A stretch of DNA of 63,811 nucleotides, the filler included, from Perkinsus chesapeaki ATCC PRA-425 (lineage: Eukaryota; Protista; Perkinsozoa), in the NCBI GenBank assembly GCA_013115145.1. It is 9 parts of 9 records of this genome, joined end to end, with 100 filler letters (N's around TTAATTAATTAA, not from the genome) between each part and the next. Parts side by side here need not be neighbours in the genome. Positions count along the whole stretch, not along the records: positions 10,691 to 16,599 come from JAAPAO010001119.1; positions 16,700 to 25,020 come from JAAPAO010000980.1; 7 more parts are not named here. One strand, given 5' to 3'. Under the pieces are notes generated by a model. The model was not told the origin of the DNA, did not search any database, and saw nothing but the letters and a program-made list of their open reading frames with translations. The stretch's first letter is position 1. Each line of letters starts with the position of its first letter. Positions 11,152 through 22,570 of this stretch are shown here, piece after piece. Made by a program: the position numbers and the translations under genes.

Positions 11152-12078
11152 TTACATTATTACAACATTCGCAACAATATAAAGATAAGGCAAGTCCAGG
11201 GGATTACGTACAGCAACATCCTCATAAGTTAATCGAAATCTATAAAAAGCTTTACCAATATCCAACGAAACCATAGCATTTTCAGCCTTGTTGTGAGTAG
11301 ATGTGCAAGTAGAGGATTGATCTGGCTGAGGTGAAATATCTGTAACTGGCGTTGCCTCAAAAGCCAGTCTCAATGCCGTTAACAAGTCTCGATGAGCTGT
11401 TCCACTGTAGCTTGCCTCATGAACACCAGTGTCATGATAGGCGTCATTTATAGGAACCGCTTGTACCACTGGTCTGACCTTAAAGCTAGTCGTTTTTGAA
11501 ATAGAGCCATCAGATGGAGTAGTATCACAGTTCTGCTTAACGGGAAAGCAAACCACCAAAGGGGCCGAGCTATCATTAGCTATCACCGAAGCATCTACAG
11601 TTTGCCAATGGTCCAGATGAACAAACTGTGCCAATGCTTCCTCATATTCAAGCTTCTCGGCTGGAGATAACTTATCAAATAGCTTAGATCCAAAATCATG
11701 TACATCTCGCCGCCACGGCTTAGATTCTATACCACCAGGATTTGATGAAGTAACTGCAACTTCTAACACATATTTTTGGTCAATGTGATCTTTGGATTCT
11801 TCAGCAGTTAGCAAACGGGCTCTAAGCGAGAATCCACGAGCAGACTCCAGAGGTACCCAATCAAACGGAAGAACTTGTTGTAGTGCTTCATCAATCTTAG
11901 ACCACGATAAGGAGTTGGTAATCGTAGATGTCGGACTTGAAGTAGCAAACTCCTTCGACGTGGCATGATTCAACAACATGTCCGCGTCGCCGGCAATCTC
12001 GCCTGAGTCTACAACACCACACGATACAACCTTCTGTCGCCCGTTAAAAACGAGCGTAAATGTTGCCTTCTTGCGCAA
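11152..12078 (-). mobile_element. BEL/Pao-like LTR retrotransposon pol: aspartic protease and N-terminal part of RT, truncated
   Basis: VVDSG protease motif; EYEEALAQFVHLDHW, CFPV...KTTSFKVRPVVQA...PINDAYHDTG and SLDIGKAFY resemble BEL/Pao RT N-terminal motifs (TTKxRxVFDAS, SLNDxLxxG, ADIxKAF). No YxDD motif before the stop. Confidence 0.65.
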
Positions 12079-13269
12079 TGACAGCAGAAGAGGGCTCGGA
12101 TTTCACCGATTCGGTCTTGTTGTCATCGCTCTTACTATTAACCTTCTCTTTAGTGTTATCCTCGGGCTTACAGGGGGCCTCTCCGTTAATCGCTTTTACG
12201 TTATCACTCGAAGATGAAACACCAATAACATGCTGGAATCGGCATTTATCCCCATACTTACAATTGCCATTTTTAAAGCCCCTGCAAACAGGAGTCTGAT
12301 TCTTCTCTTCTTTACCAAGCTTAGAGATACCCAATAAAGTATCTAGACTTGTAGGCTTATGCCTGTCAGCTAACTTAGTAAGAGTGTCTTCAAAATCAAT
12401 GAGGGAAGTAGAAGATTTAAGTTGAGTTACCAGATGATGCTTGTCAGAGGCTGCTTGAACATAGGGAAATGTATCCAGAGCTCCAATTAAGCGGTCCCGT
12501 CTATATTTCCAAGCAGTACTAGTAAAACAAATACCATCAATACGAGAACATAGGGCCTTTTCTTGGCTTGAAAACTCACTCCAAGTCAAGCCTTTGGTGG
12601 TTAGCAGACACCACTCCTTCAATACTTGAGAGGAATCAGAAGGAATAAATTCCTCCGAAATCTTATGACATATAGCAGCATAAACTTTATTACATATCGT
12701 TAACCAAGACATTACTGCAGTAGACATAGCTTGTTCACCATTTTCGTCATCACGATCAGGAATAGTTATATCTTTCCAAGCTTTGATAGTCGAAAGGTTA
12801 GCAAGACACTCTTCCTGACATAACCTACCAAGCCTAGCCGGAGCAAGATATGAAATGATTGCAATACCAAGTGGGCTAGCAACCCGAACGTTTCCAATTA
12901 CTCCTTGAATACGTAACCAAGCCGCATGACTCCAATCGTTCTCTAATAGCGGCTTTAAATCCCAAGATGAGACAAAAGCGCTAATAGCATAAACTTGTGA
13001 GCCACCCGGTTTAAGAAAACAAAAACCTTCAGCTTCATGATATAGAGCAAATCCTTCAAACCCCAAAGCTCGCATGACAATCCTGCAGGGGTCATCCAGC
13101 TTCCTCAGAGCGCTCTCGGTTAGATAGTCGTCAGATGATACTGACTTTCCGGGAGCTAGTCCATGGATAGCTTCACTCAGAAAACCAAAGCGCTTCTGGC
13201 AGAAGCCTTCTGCTGGAAGTTCTCGGATGATGCACCATTGTTAGATTGCGTGTCGTTCTTCGGGGTCAT
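12044..13269 (-). mobile_element. gag-like ORF1 with CCCH zinc finger; frameshifted near its 5' end
   Basis: CRGFKNGNCKYGDKCRFQH finger, overlapping pol by 35 nt. The ATG at 13269 (MTPKNDTQ...) is out of frame with the main ORF, which is open from ~13240. Confidence 0.65.
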
Positions 13270-13298
13270 AGATAGTTACAACACAATAAAATTAAAAC

Positions 13299-13320
13299 CT
13301 TGAGCCAAGATGGCTACGGA
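13299..13320 (-). other. Perkinsus spliced-leader sequence followed by GT, 29 nt upstream of the gag ATG
   Basis: Minus strand reads TCCGTAGCCATCTTGGCTCAAG|GTTTTAATTTTATTGTGTTGTAACTATCT-ATG. Confidence 0.9.
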
Positions 13321-13864
13321 AAACGGAAACACACAAACTCATTGGTCTAATGATTCATCACATTTATCTAGGTTAGAACAATTAATAAATAAGAACTTGT
13401 ATGTAGCACTTCACTAGCTTCAAGATATTCTAGCGCTACAGAAAATTAAGCCAGTGAGAATAGGGACATCACGACACAATTTGTGTCACACAAAATAGGA
13501 CAGTTCTAGAGGCCTCGTGACACCAACCATATGTTGAAAGGTATGCCCCAAGTATTCATATAAGGTGAGATCACAATTCTTGTTGACCGGGTATATTGTA
13601 TTCAGATGCTTCTTATGCATACCTGAAGTCGAGTTACTCAAACAACGCGATTCATAGCACGGCCGCAGAGGGAACAGATGACATCGCGAATGATACTTAC
13701 GAAGTTCGTAAGTATTGAATATGTAATTCGTAATACGAACTTATTTTAACAAGAAAAACTTTTACATCGTTTCTTAGGACATAACCACTGCTTGTGTTCT
13801 TGAAAATGTGTTGTCAAAAATGGCATTTATTCCTAGTAAGGCAATTTCAATGGAAGACGAATAA

Positions 13865-13915
13865 GAAAAAATTGAAGAGTATGATAAAACTTTTATCATA
13901 CTCTTCAATTTTTTC
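13865..13915. repeat. Perfect 51-bp palindrome (25-bp arms, 1-nt centre)
   Basis: GAAAAAATTGAAGAGTATGATAAAA-C-TTTTATCATACTCTTCAATTTTTTC. Confidence 0.95.
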
Positions 13916-15187
13916 ATAAAAGGTGATGTGGGTTAATTGTATCGACTTGACAATTCATGTTTAGGTTTTGAACCCATGGAGTTATGCAAGATGCGAGGAT
14001 AGAAGATAAAGAAATGCATCACTCAGAAGTGGATAATATCGGATAATCCGGCAAATACTTGCCGGTTAGTTATACGACATCTTCATGAAAAACAAAAATC
14101 GGGTTATAATACTAGTGGACATAGCAATAATTACACGGTAATGTATTCGCGGTTTTTCTATCAGATACTGAAAATACATGACAAACCTTCTAGGAACACA
14201 GGAAGAAACTTACTGAGTGTCAATATAGGTTCTATTATTGGCATCTTTGTTAAACAATGACTTAGACGGATAACAACAAACATAATCTGATGGATCCACC
14301 CTGAGTAAACGGTAAAAGTAACAAATCCTTCTGTGCATTAGTTTGCGGCGGACGTGGGCTGAACCATCAAGGAGCGTATCTGAACAAATTTACAACACCC
14401 AACGCAAAACCAAAGCAATACACAACAAGTTGAACAACACAACAATGTTGTGACAACAAGTTAAATACGCTGGAGCTTTTTCCTTACAGCGTCAAGTGTC
14501 CTCCGAGGAGGACACTCAACGCCGTGAGAAAGTGCCTCCAACTTTATAAAGTCGTCGTAGAGTTTAGGGGACCGGCCGGTAGCTTTAAAACGCCTAATTT
14601 GCATTTGCTCCCAGCCGGTCCACCTAACCCTGTTCCACTCGACGGAAGACTGAAAAAAATAGACGCAATATATGCAAGATTTTTAACTTACCCTCCTATG
14701 ATCTGAGGTCTGCACCGACTTTTCCTCGATGTTTACTTTTTCTGAAACCACAAATTTTCTCTATATTCTTATGTTCTCACTTTCTTTCTTTTCCCTCTTC
14801 TTTTTTTCTTGCTCCAGCACCGGAATGGCCGGGTGCAAAACTTCTTCACTTGTCGTTGAAAACATGTTATATATAACTGCAAAAATAAGAGGCTGCTGAG
14901 ACAGTAAAGGCTACAGCGACTGCTGCTAAATGAGATGCTTAAGACCACAGAGACTGCTGCTTCAGATACAGTGAGTTATCTTTTGTTTATGAGGTACTTC
15001 GTCACACTACGCTATTCACAACCATCCTGGTATCCTCTATAACATGCCAATTCCTCAGACTTTGAGAGCCTCCTCACTTTCTGAGGAGGTAGTAAACTGT
15101 TCATTGAGGGTGACGCTCAAGACCACAGAGACTTTAGGAGGTTCTCCGTCACACTACGCTATTCACGACTATTCTAGTATCCTCTAA

Positions 15188-15307
15188 TAGCAATCTCTTA
15201 ACTAGCAGTCTTTTAGATAGCAATCTCTTAACTAGCAGTCTCTCAAATAGCAGTCTCTTAAATAGCAGTCTCTTAAACTCCAGTCTCTTGAATAGCAACC
15301 CTTTTAG
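15188..15307. repeat. 15-nt tandem array (TAGCAGTCTCTTAAA consensus) x8
   Basis: Units start at 15188, 15203, 15218, 15233, 15248, 15263, 15278 and 15293. Inverted GAGACTGCT copies lie at ~14890-14960, and a diverged direct repeat spans ~14941-15030/15120-15180. Confidence 0.85.
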
Positions 15308-16699
15308 GAGATATTTGAATGTTTCCCATCTCAGTCGGAGAAATCAACATTCCGTAGCTTCTGAAAATACAATTTCATGTTCCTTAAGCTTACGTGGTTA
15401 ACGGCAAAAACACAAAAAAGAGCAAACGAGAAGGAAAAAAGGACGTAGGGGTCCAAACAATACGTGTAAGTTGGACAAGAGATTTATTATGCATTAAAAT
15501 ATGTGTGGTTTCAGGAATCGCTTAAATATGATTCAGGTGTAATCATTCCCTTGAATGATTAAATTCAGGTGGCCTGTTTGGGAACGTAAGAAAATCATTG
15601 AATTTTCTCGTTCCGGGCAGACCCCTGACGGTTATAATGACTTCATCCGCGCCAGGCCTCCACACAAAGGCCAGAGGAGACTCTTGGCTCGGCTCGTCTG
15701 CCCAGCACGAAGAGTTCGCTCGCTCGGCTCGGCTCGTCGTTTTTTGCCGAGCCGAGACGAGTCTCGATTTTTTCTCGGCGGATTTTCCACATTTTTTCTC
15801 ATTTCTCGTACGTGCGTGGCATTTTCGCTGGTTTTGTTAGTCAATTTTGCACGACGGTGTTGAGAATCTGTTCATCGGGCCAGCCCAGTAACTGGGCCCC
15901 AGTTACCACTTCGGCGGCCACGCCTGTATCTCATGAGTCATGACCCAAGCGCCTTCGAGTGCAAACACTGTTTGCCGAACTACGCCGCCAATACGTCCAA
16001 CCCCGCCAGTAGCTCGTCTAAAGACGACGTTAATGTCGGTGACAACTCCCCTATGTCTTTTGACGACCCCGAAGAAGTGTTCCATCCCCTGATCGCCCCG
16101 GTGAATCACTCCGCTTGCTCTATGAAGACTCCCCAATGCATAACCATTCCCGAGAAACGGAGAAAAAGCCTGGTCTCGACTGGAGAATGTACTAGTCCCA
16201 ACTTGCGACTCGCAAGATTCGTAAGCTATACGCTTCGTGCTTCGATGCATCTAGACGTGAACAAAATGGTGCCCAGATGGGACAAGCCCTTGAACTTTTA
16301 TCCTATGCACTGGCTGGTTGCATTCATGCAAATACGTTGCATTTATGATCATTACCTATCAATTTCATGCTATCAGGGACATATAGTACATATTATATAC
16401 TATATATTAGACCACCAACACTGTACATATTAAAGTGATAACTTGCCGCGGTATTGCTGCCTACACGTAATTCAACAGTTGAATTTCAGCTCCCATATCA
16501 CTCCGCTGACCCGGGGTCCCTGTGGTAACTTTTCTGACACCTCTAGCTGTATATTTCACAGACCTAAAGGATCGATAGGCCATGCTTTCGCAGTTTGTGN
16601 NNNNNNNNNNNNNNNNNNNNNNNNNNNNNNNNNNNNNNNNNNNTTAATTAATTAANNNNNNNNNNNNNNNNNNNNNNNNNNNNNNNNNNNNNNNNNNNN

Positions 16700-17660
16700 T
16701 CCCCACAGAGTTCCGCTACGGGCTTCTGTTCGACAGTAGGAGAAGAGCAAAAATCAGGTAGCTTGATGGAATTATCTGTGAAATCAGGCACAGCAAATCT
16801 CAAAGGATCAGTTATCGGGTCGTCCTGGTGCTCATCCAAATCCTCAAAACCGGGCGGAGGCCAATGTCTAGGCGAGAGTAGTTCCTCGGGTGCCGGCCGG
16901 GCCGAAGCCAAGGCCGAAGGCTTCAGGCCACTCAAGAGGGGTAAACCTTTGTCACGAAGCTCAGCATCCGTAAGTGGCATCACAGCTACCTTGCGACCGG
17001 CACCAGCAGGCAAATACTCAGGACATGAAAGGTCGAACGAATCGTTAAGGATCTCGTCGTTACCATCTGGCTCCTTACTAGAAGGGGCATAGACTTGCAC
17101 CCTAGAGCTCAAGTTAGCCGCCTGTACAGCCTGTACAGTACAGGATGTTCTGTGAACCATGGAATCCGAGGAGCATCTCCAGAAGGCCACTGACCAACGA
17201 TTCTCGTGGGCGATTCAGAATACCGAATATCCAATCCAAAGTGGTTGAGGAAGTCATGACCCAAAATGACGTCGTACGCTAGGGAATCCACCACTAGAGC
17301 CGAAACAGGAAAAGGGATCCTTGGATCGCTCTCGCTAGGAAGAACCCCTTTACGAGCGTCTTCAGAATCATACACTTCAACCGAAAGGGAAACCACACCG
17401 AGAATCTTACAAATCGAACGATCGATAGTCATTAGAGCAGGGCCGACCACGGGCCGAATAGTACCACCAACATGAGGGACTACCCTCTTAGCAACCATAG
17501 TAGAACAACAGCCAGTATCTACTAGGCAACGGAGTGGACCAAGACGTTCGTGGGCAGAAGTCAAATCAGAGAAAAGAAATAAACCATTGTCTCTCCCAAA
17601 AGGGATCAACTCAATAATAGGCGCTCGTGGGCTGTCAGACGAGCGCCCTAGAAGTTTCCC
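16700..17660 (-). mobile_element. Ty3/Gypsy pol 5' part: retropepsin protease and linker, broken by a 5-bp duplication, running into the contig end
   Basis: RCLVDTGCCS active site and YDVILGHDFL flap-distal motif. The ORFs 17109-17609 and 16648-17190 join in frame if one TGTAC copy (~17135-17145) is removed. Confidence 0.8.
17620..17660 (-). promoter_or_regulatory. -1 programmed ribosomal frameshift signal (gag-pol)
   Basis: In-frame G GGA AAC heptamer (17660-17654), 6-nt spacer, then hairpin GGCGCTCGT-CTGACAGCCC-ACGAGCGCC. The -1 frame is open into the protease ORF. Confidence 0.85.
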
Positions 17661-18793
17661 GACTCTGCGGTAGACTTCTTATCAGCAATGGTCTTACGGA
17701 AAGCCGACAGCCTGGAACAATCACGCAACATGTGCTCCTTAGAGCCACATATAAAGCACCCTTCCTGAAACTTCTTGTGAGGGCACTTGTAAAGATAGTG
17801 GGCACCCTCACAGAGGAAACACTTAGGAGGACCATTCTTGTGGCGATTGTTCCGGTTACGCTTCCCACCTCTCTGAGAACCTTGAGACCAACGCTTCTCC
17901 TGCTGATCGATCAACTTCTCCAACGAGCCAACCATAGCCTGCATTACCGACGAGATATCTCCTGCATTACCAGCAATCGTTCCCTGCAAATGGGCATTAG
18001 CAGCGGGCCGAGTAGTCTGCGTAGATGTACCGGACTTGTCCTTATAGTCCTCGAAGATCTCGCAAACTTCCTTCACCGTTTTAGGGGCACGTCGACGTAA
18101 GACCGATTTAGCCGCATCCGGAGCGTTCGCAATCAAACGGTCCATAATCATCTGATCCACTGTATCAGATGGCAGTTTCTTATTATCAGGTAAGGACTTG
18201 TTGTAAGCGTTCATACAGCGACGAAGAGAGGTTAGGAAAGCCACCACGCGTGTTGAACGATCCCATGTTAGACTATTGAACTTGGCCAGGATCTCGTCGG
18301 GCCGAACCGGAGAGAACATGGACAATAGAAGCAACCGATCCTCCTCGAAGTTAGTCTTTCCACAGTGCTGATGCCAGACGTCGAAGTACACATCACGGAG
18401 ATAATTACCAAGGCGTTCAGCTAGCTGTAAGTCGGACCAACCAGAACCACGACCATCGGCTTCATATCTACGTAGCCAATCTTCAAAGTCAGAGATGCCG
18501 TCATAACGCTCAGGCATAGGAGTTTGCATTAGCTGGATAACCGTGGACGAAACGGGATCAGTAGCTAACGCAGTAGTATCACGGGCCGCAGAAGACGAAG
18601 AACCACCATTCGAGCCATGGCCCATAGCCTTAAGAGCCTTTACTACCTCATTATGAGCTGTAGCACTCTCTCGGGCCGAAGCACGAGCTTTCTCCGCGAC
18701 CTCATCCGTAACTCCAAGAGCCTTGTACTCCTCAAACGCCACGTTGCCAGCCTCGTCAACATCCTTCTCGATAATAGGAAAATCACCAATCAT
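17648..18793 (-). mobile_element. gag: Ty3/Gypsy gag with two zinc knuckles
   Basis: 381-aa intact ORF; PERYDGISDFEDWLRRYE capsid-like segment; CFLCEGAHYLYKC and CFICGSKEHMLRDC (CX2CX3-4HX4C). Confidence 0.9.
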
Positions 18794-18836
18794 AATAGCT
18801 TATACCAATAAATACACTAGGTAGAAGAACAAGGAG

Positions 18837-19099
18837 CTGCTACCAATTAGATGTCAAGGTATAGGGTGTCGAGGACAATACCAAGTGTAGATATCACAGG
18901 TATAACTTGTAGAAAACGCAAATCAAAACCTTGCACCTAATACGCACTTGTACGGGGACAAGAAGCGTCAAGTTAATACGAATAAAACGTATACTTACGT
19001 ACACGATCTAGTGCACTTATACGAGTATATTGCAGCACCTAAGCTACAGCTAGCCTAGCAGAGCTGAGCTACAAAGATACGTTACTCAAAATTGTCACA
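18837..19099 (-). mobile_element. Candidate 5' LTR (19099-18852, TGT...ACA) and initiator-Met-type primer-binding site (18845-18837)
   Basis: Minus strand TGTGACAA...CTTGACA, then TCTAAT, then TGGTAGCAG, about 45 nt upstream of the gag ATG. No second LTR is available to confirm. Confidence 0.5.
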
Positions 19100-20649
19100 A
19101 TAGTTGTCTACTCAATTCGGGCCAAAGGTTTTCCAGGCGCGTGACGGAGTGTGGCGCGTGACGAACGAATTCATCCCACAACAGTACAGTACGCGACATC
19201 TAGAGAGGCGCGGTCTGGACGGGCAAAATTATCGATAAGTATGTCGAAATCCGAGCTAATTCCTTTTCTATCGAATTCTCCGCATTCGATTACCCATAAA
19301 TCGAGCTTGCCCCGCTCTAACTCGACAAAAACATTTTTAGCCATTTTTAGTGCCGAGTGGCGCGACATTTCAGCACACATTGATCCAACCAAGCAGGAAT
19401 TTATGGAAATGAAGCTAGGAGATGCACTCTTCGAATCAGCCTATTGCCACGTCTTGTAACTCAGAGGTCTTTTTCAGTGAAAAATTTTCACCAGGAAAAC
19501 GTACTTCCTCTGAAGTACTGGGTCCGACTGGGTCGGAGCGACCCAGGACTCGGCTACTTCTACCGAGTTGTCAACCTCACCGTCCATCACAAGCGTTCGC
19601 TTGCCAAAGCTAAAACCCGACAAGGCTGTACATCTTCAACTATCTCAGGGTTGACGTGGATGCGGACGCCTTACCCTACCTGTCTTTAGTCGCGTTCGCA
19701 TTGCATTTGATGCATTGGTATTGGACGCCGTGCTCCATGGAACCATGGCCTGGCGTTGTCACAAAGGCTTTGTGGGTTCTCTGTACTGGCGTCCCCTCTC
19801 ACTTCATTTCCTCTCCTCTCCGTTACCCCGAGTAATTGAGAGGGGGAAGTGAATAAACGTGAAAGTGGGACTTGAGTGGGTAGCAACCAAGTCAGGCATT
19901 CCGTAACAGAGCTTGCCGTAACAGAGCTTCGGTTTCTGTGTGGTTTTTCTCATATGAAATATTTCCACTATTCATCAGCACCTAGTCATACCTGGTGTGG
20001 CAGTTAGCATAACTGAGTCAATGCTAATCTATACCAACCCCATGTATACGTACGAACTAGCGTAAATACAAAAAAGACTACTGGAAGAGACTATAGTATA
20101 GTCACTATGCCAAGTGTTGAACAGTTACTGTTCAAAGGGTTACAACGTTGTTCTGCCCCGGGCCGGTCCAACTATCCAACGACTAGCAACTACCACGGCT
20201 CAAGCTATTACCGCAGTGACGGCAGCCTCTAGTAGAGGCCCTTTACGGTAAAGGTATATCATGGCGTGATTACGACACCATTGGTGTCACACCAACCGCG
20301 GTCACTACGAAAATAGCGGTTCAAGTGATATCTCTCAGTAGCAAATTGCTACTAGCAATCTGCCGTAGGAAGATCGGCGTGAGCGAAATTACCCAGCAGA
20401 GAGAATAAAGGACGCGCGCGAAGTTTTGATGTGCGAATAGATTATCTCAGACTCAAGCTTACCTTCCGCTACGGGCTATGACCAGGGACGCAACCCATGG
20501 ATCCTCGGTTGCCGTCTGTCCTGGTCTGCGCGAGTATCATAGGGATACTCACCGTCGCGCGCAACGCTCGTATATAGGTGTAATGATAAAATATATTTAT
20601 TGATATAGGCTCCCAAGAATTACCAAGAGCTGAGCTCTGTGGACGGCCC

Positions 20650-21650
20650 TCAGTGGCCTTCGCGAGCTCACCATCTTACCAAGCATAGATAGTTACGTTG
20701 CGTAACTTATATAAGCACGTCCATATGTTTCAGTGCACAGCACATGGTGCTGGTTTTTAACATGAGCCGTTTACCTGTGCTGGTACTTCTAGTTATACGA
20801 TAGGATATCATTATGGTATTAGCAAAATCGTATTACCGAAGACACCTATGCCGACCCGTATGCCGCGTCGAACGACAGTGCTAGCTCCTTTGCGCAAGAG
20901 TGGTAGACGCCTAGGGAGCCCTGCTTCCCGAGGTAAGCGGTCGAATAAGACTTCTACTCGCTATGTTATCAATGAAGAGCCGAATGGTGTGGTCACTATT
21001 AAGATGTATTGATCGCAACGCAGCCACTGTATTCTATCCTGTTGAACTTTTCTGTGTATGATAATGTTCAACTGATCTATATAATCCCTTGTTCTGGAAG
21101 GAATAGAAAGTACTGTAGCATACCTTCTTGATACTATGGGTTTATTACGACTTAAAGAAGTGGTGTCACTAAAGTTTAACGAAATTACCTTCAGTTCAAC
21201 AGGTGATTATGTTTCGGTTCACATAAGACAGTCGAAAACAGACCAAAGTGGAGTCGGTGCATATGTATTTATTGGATGTGTTTCTATCCCAATCATGTAT
21301 GTGCTATGCACAGATTACAGGTAATGCTGGATAGTTCAAGTATGAGTGAGAGGACCGGTTCTTTGTTCGGTGCTACTTGTGCCCAACTGCGTTCTGATAT
21401 TAACTATTTGGTGACGACAGTTTTCAGTGGTATGCTGGAAGATGGAATGGAAGTAAGTAAAAAGATTTCACATAGTATGAGGCGTACTGGCGTACGTTTA
21501 TTGGCGGATGCGAATGTCCGCCTAGAGGCTATTGCAGACTATGGGAGATGGAAAGATGTGAGAACAGTACAAAATAACTATACGAGTGACCACAGTGGGC
21601 GACTTGTGCGTGAGAAGTGTTATTGCAGTAGGATGTTACATGAAGGTTAG
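20650..21650 (+). pseudogene. Tyrosine recombinase of a DIRS/Ngaro-type retrotransposon (frameshifted)
   Basis: GLLRLKEV (catalytic R), IRQSKTDQSG (K), SHSMRRTG (HxxR), YGRWK...Y. Split across ORFs 21136-21324 and 21276-21650; the upstream part is decayed and its boundary approximate. Confidence 0.85.
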
Positions 21651-21808
21651 TTTGATAAGTTGATAGTTATTAGTAAGACCAATAAGTTACTAGTATCTTG
21701 AAAGTTTGTTTGTCCTATAGGCTATAGGCCAGCCTTGAGTTTGGATGGGTTTATGGATGGTTAAAGGTATGCTGCAGTGATTGGGAGTGAATGGAGGTAG
21801 CCTACCTC

Positions 21809-22140
21809 AGGTAGGTCGCTTGAGACTGCTGACTTGGTATGTATTGACACGGAGTCAGGCAGTACTCCAGCGTCCTATTGAACNNNNNNNNNNNNNNNNN
21901 NNNNNNNNNNNNNNNNNNNNNNNNNNNNNNNNNNNNNNNNNNNNNNNNNNNNNNNNNNNNNNNNNNNNNNNNNNNNNNNTAGGATAACCATCTGATCAGT
22001 AATGGTCGATGGTTGAGTGGTGGACGTAAAGTTTAACCCTTCCACTGCCCCCCCCCTAGATGTGGAGGTAGGTCGCTTGAGACTGCTGACTTGGTATGTA
22101 TTGACACGGAGTCAGGCAGTACTCCAGCGTCCTATTGAAC
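21809..22140 (+). repeat. 75-bp exact direct repeat (21809-21883 and 22066-22140) flanking a scaffold gap just downstream of the recombinase
   Basis: AGGTAGGTCGCTTGAG...CGTCCTATTGAAC occurs twice. Confidence 0.9.
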
Positions 22141-22455
22141 ACAAGAAGGTTGATAGCAAGCATGTGACCAGTGGTCACTGACCATAATAATAAGTTATTT
22201 TTGCTTGCTAGTTCTGGCATTTATGGTAACAAACGCCAGAGCTTAACCACTCTTGTGTTCACACTCCCAACCTCTGCATCATGGGAATTTCGGATTATCA
22301 TTTGTTCGTAACGAACTCTGCCAACAGTAAAAGACATACTAATAGTATGTCTTTATAGTATGATACTATAAACCATACAACTCCCACGTCTGGGCTACTT
22401 ATTTTGAGTGAATCATTTATTCATAATATTTAGCTGTGGTGGGAATCCAGAGAAT

Positions 22456-22534
22456 GTCCGTCGTTGGGGATCGAACCGGCGACGTGTACTGCACACTGTG
22501 CAGGCATGCACTGCACGCATACGGCGAGACGGGT
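22456..22534 (-). ncRNA. Degenerate tRNA-like / SINE-head element
   Basis: Minus strand CCCGTCTCGCCGTATG...GCCGGTTCGATCCCCAACGACGGAC: B-box plus partial acceptor stem CCGTC/GACGG. Confidence 0.5.
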
Positions 22535-22570
22535 CGTACCATATTAAGAACAGCGTTGTGCCATAGAGAT

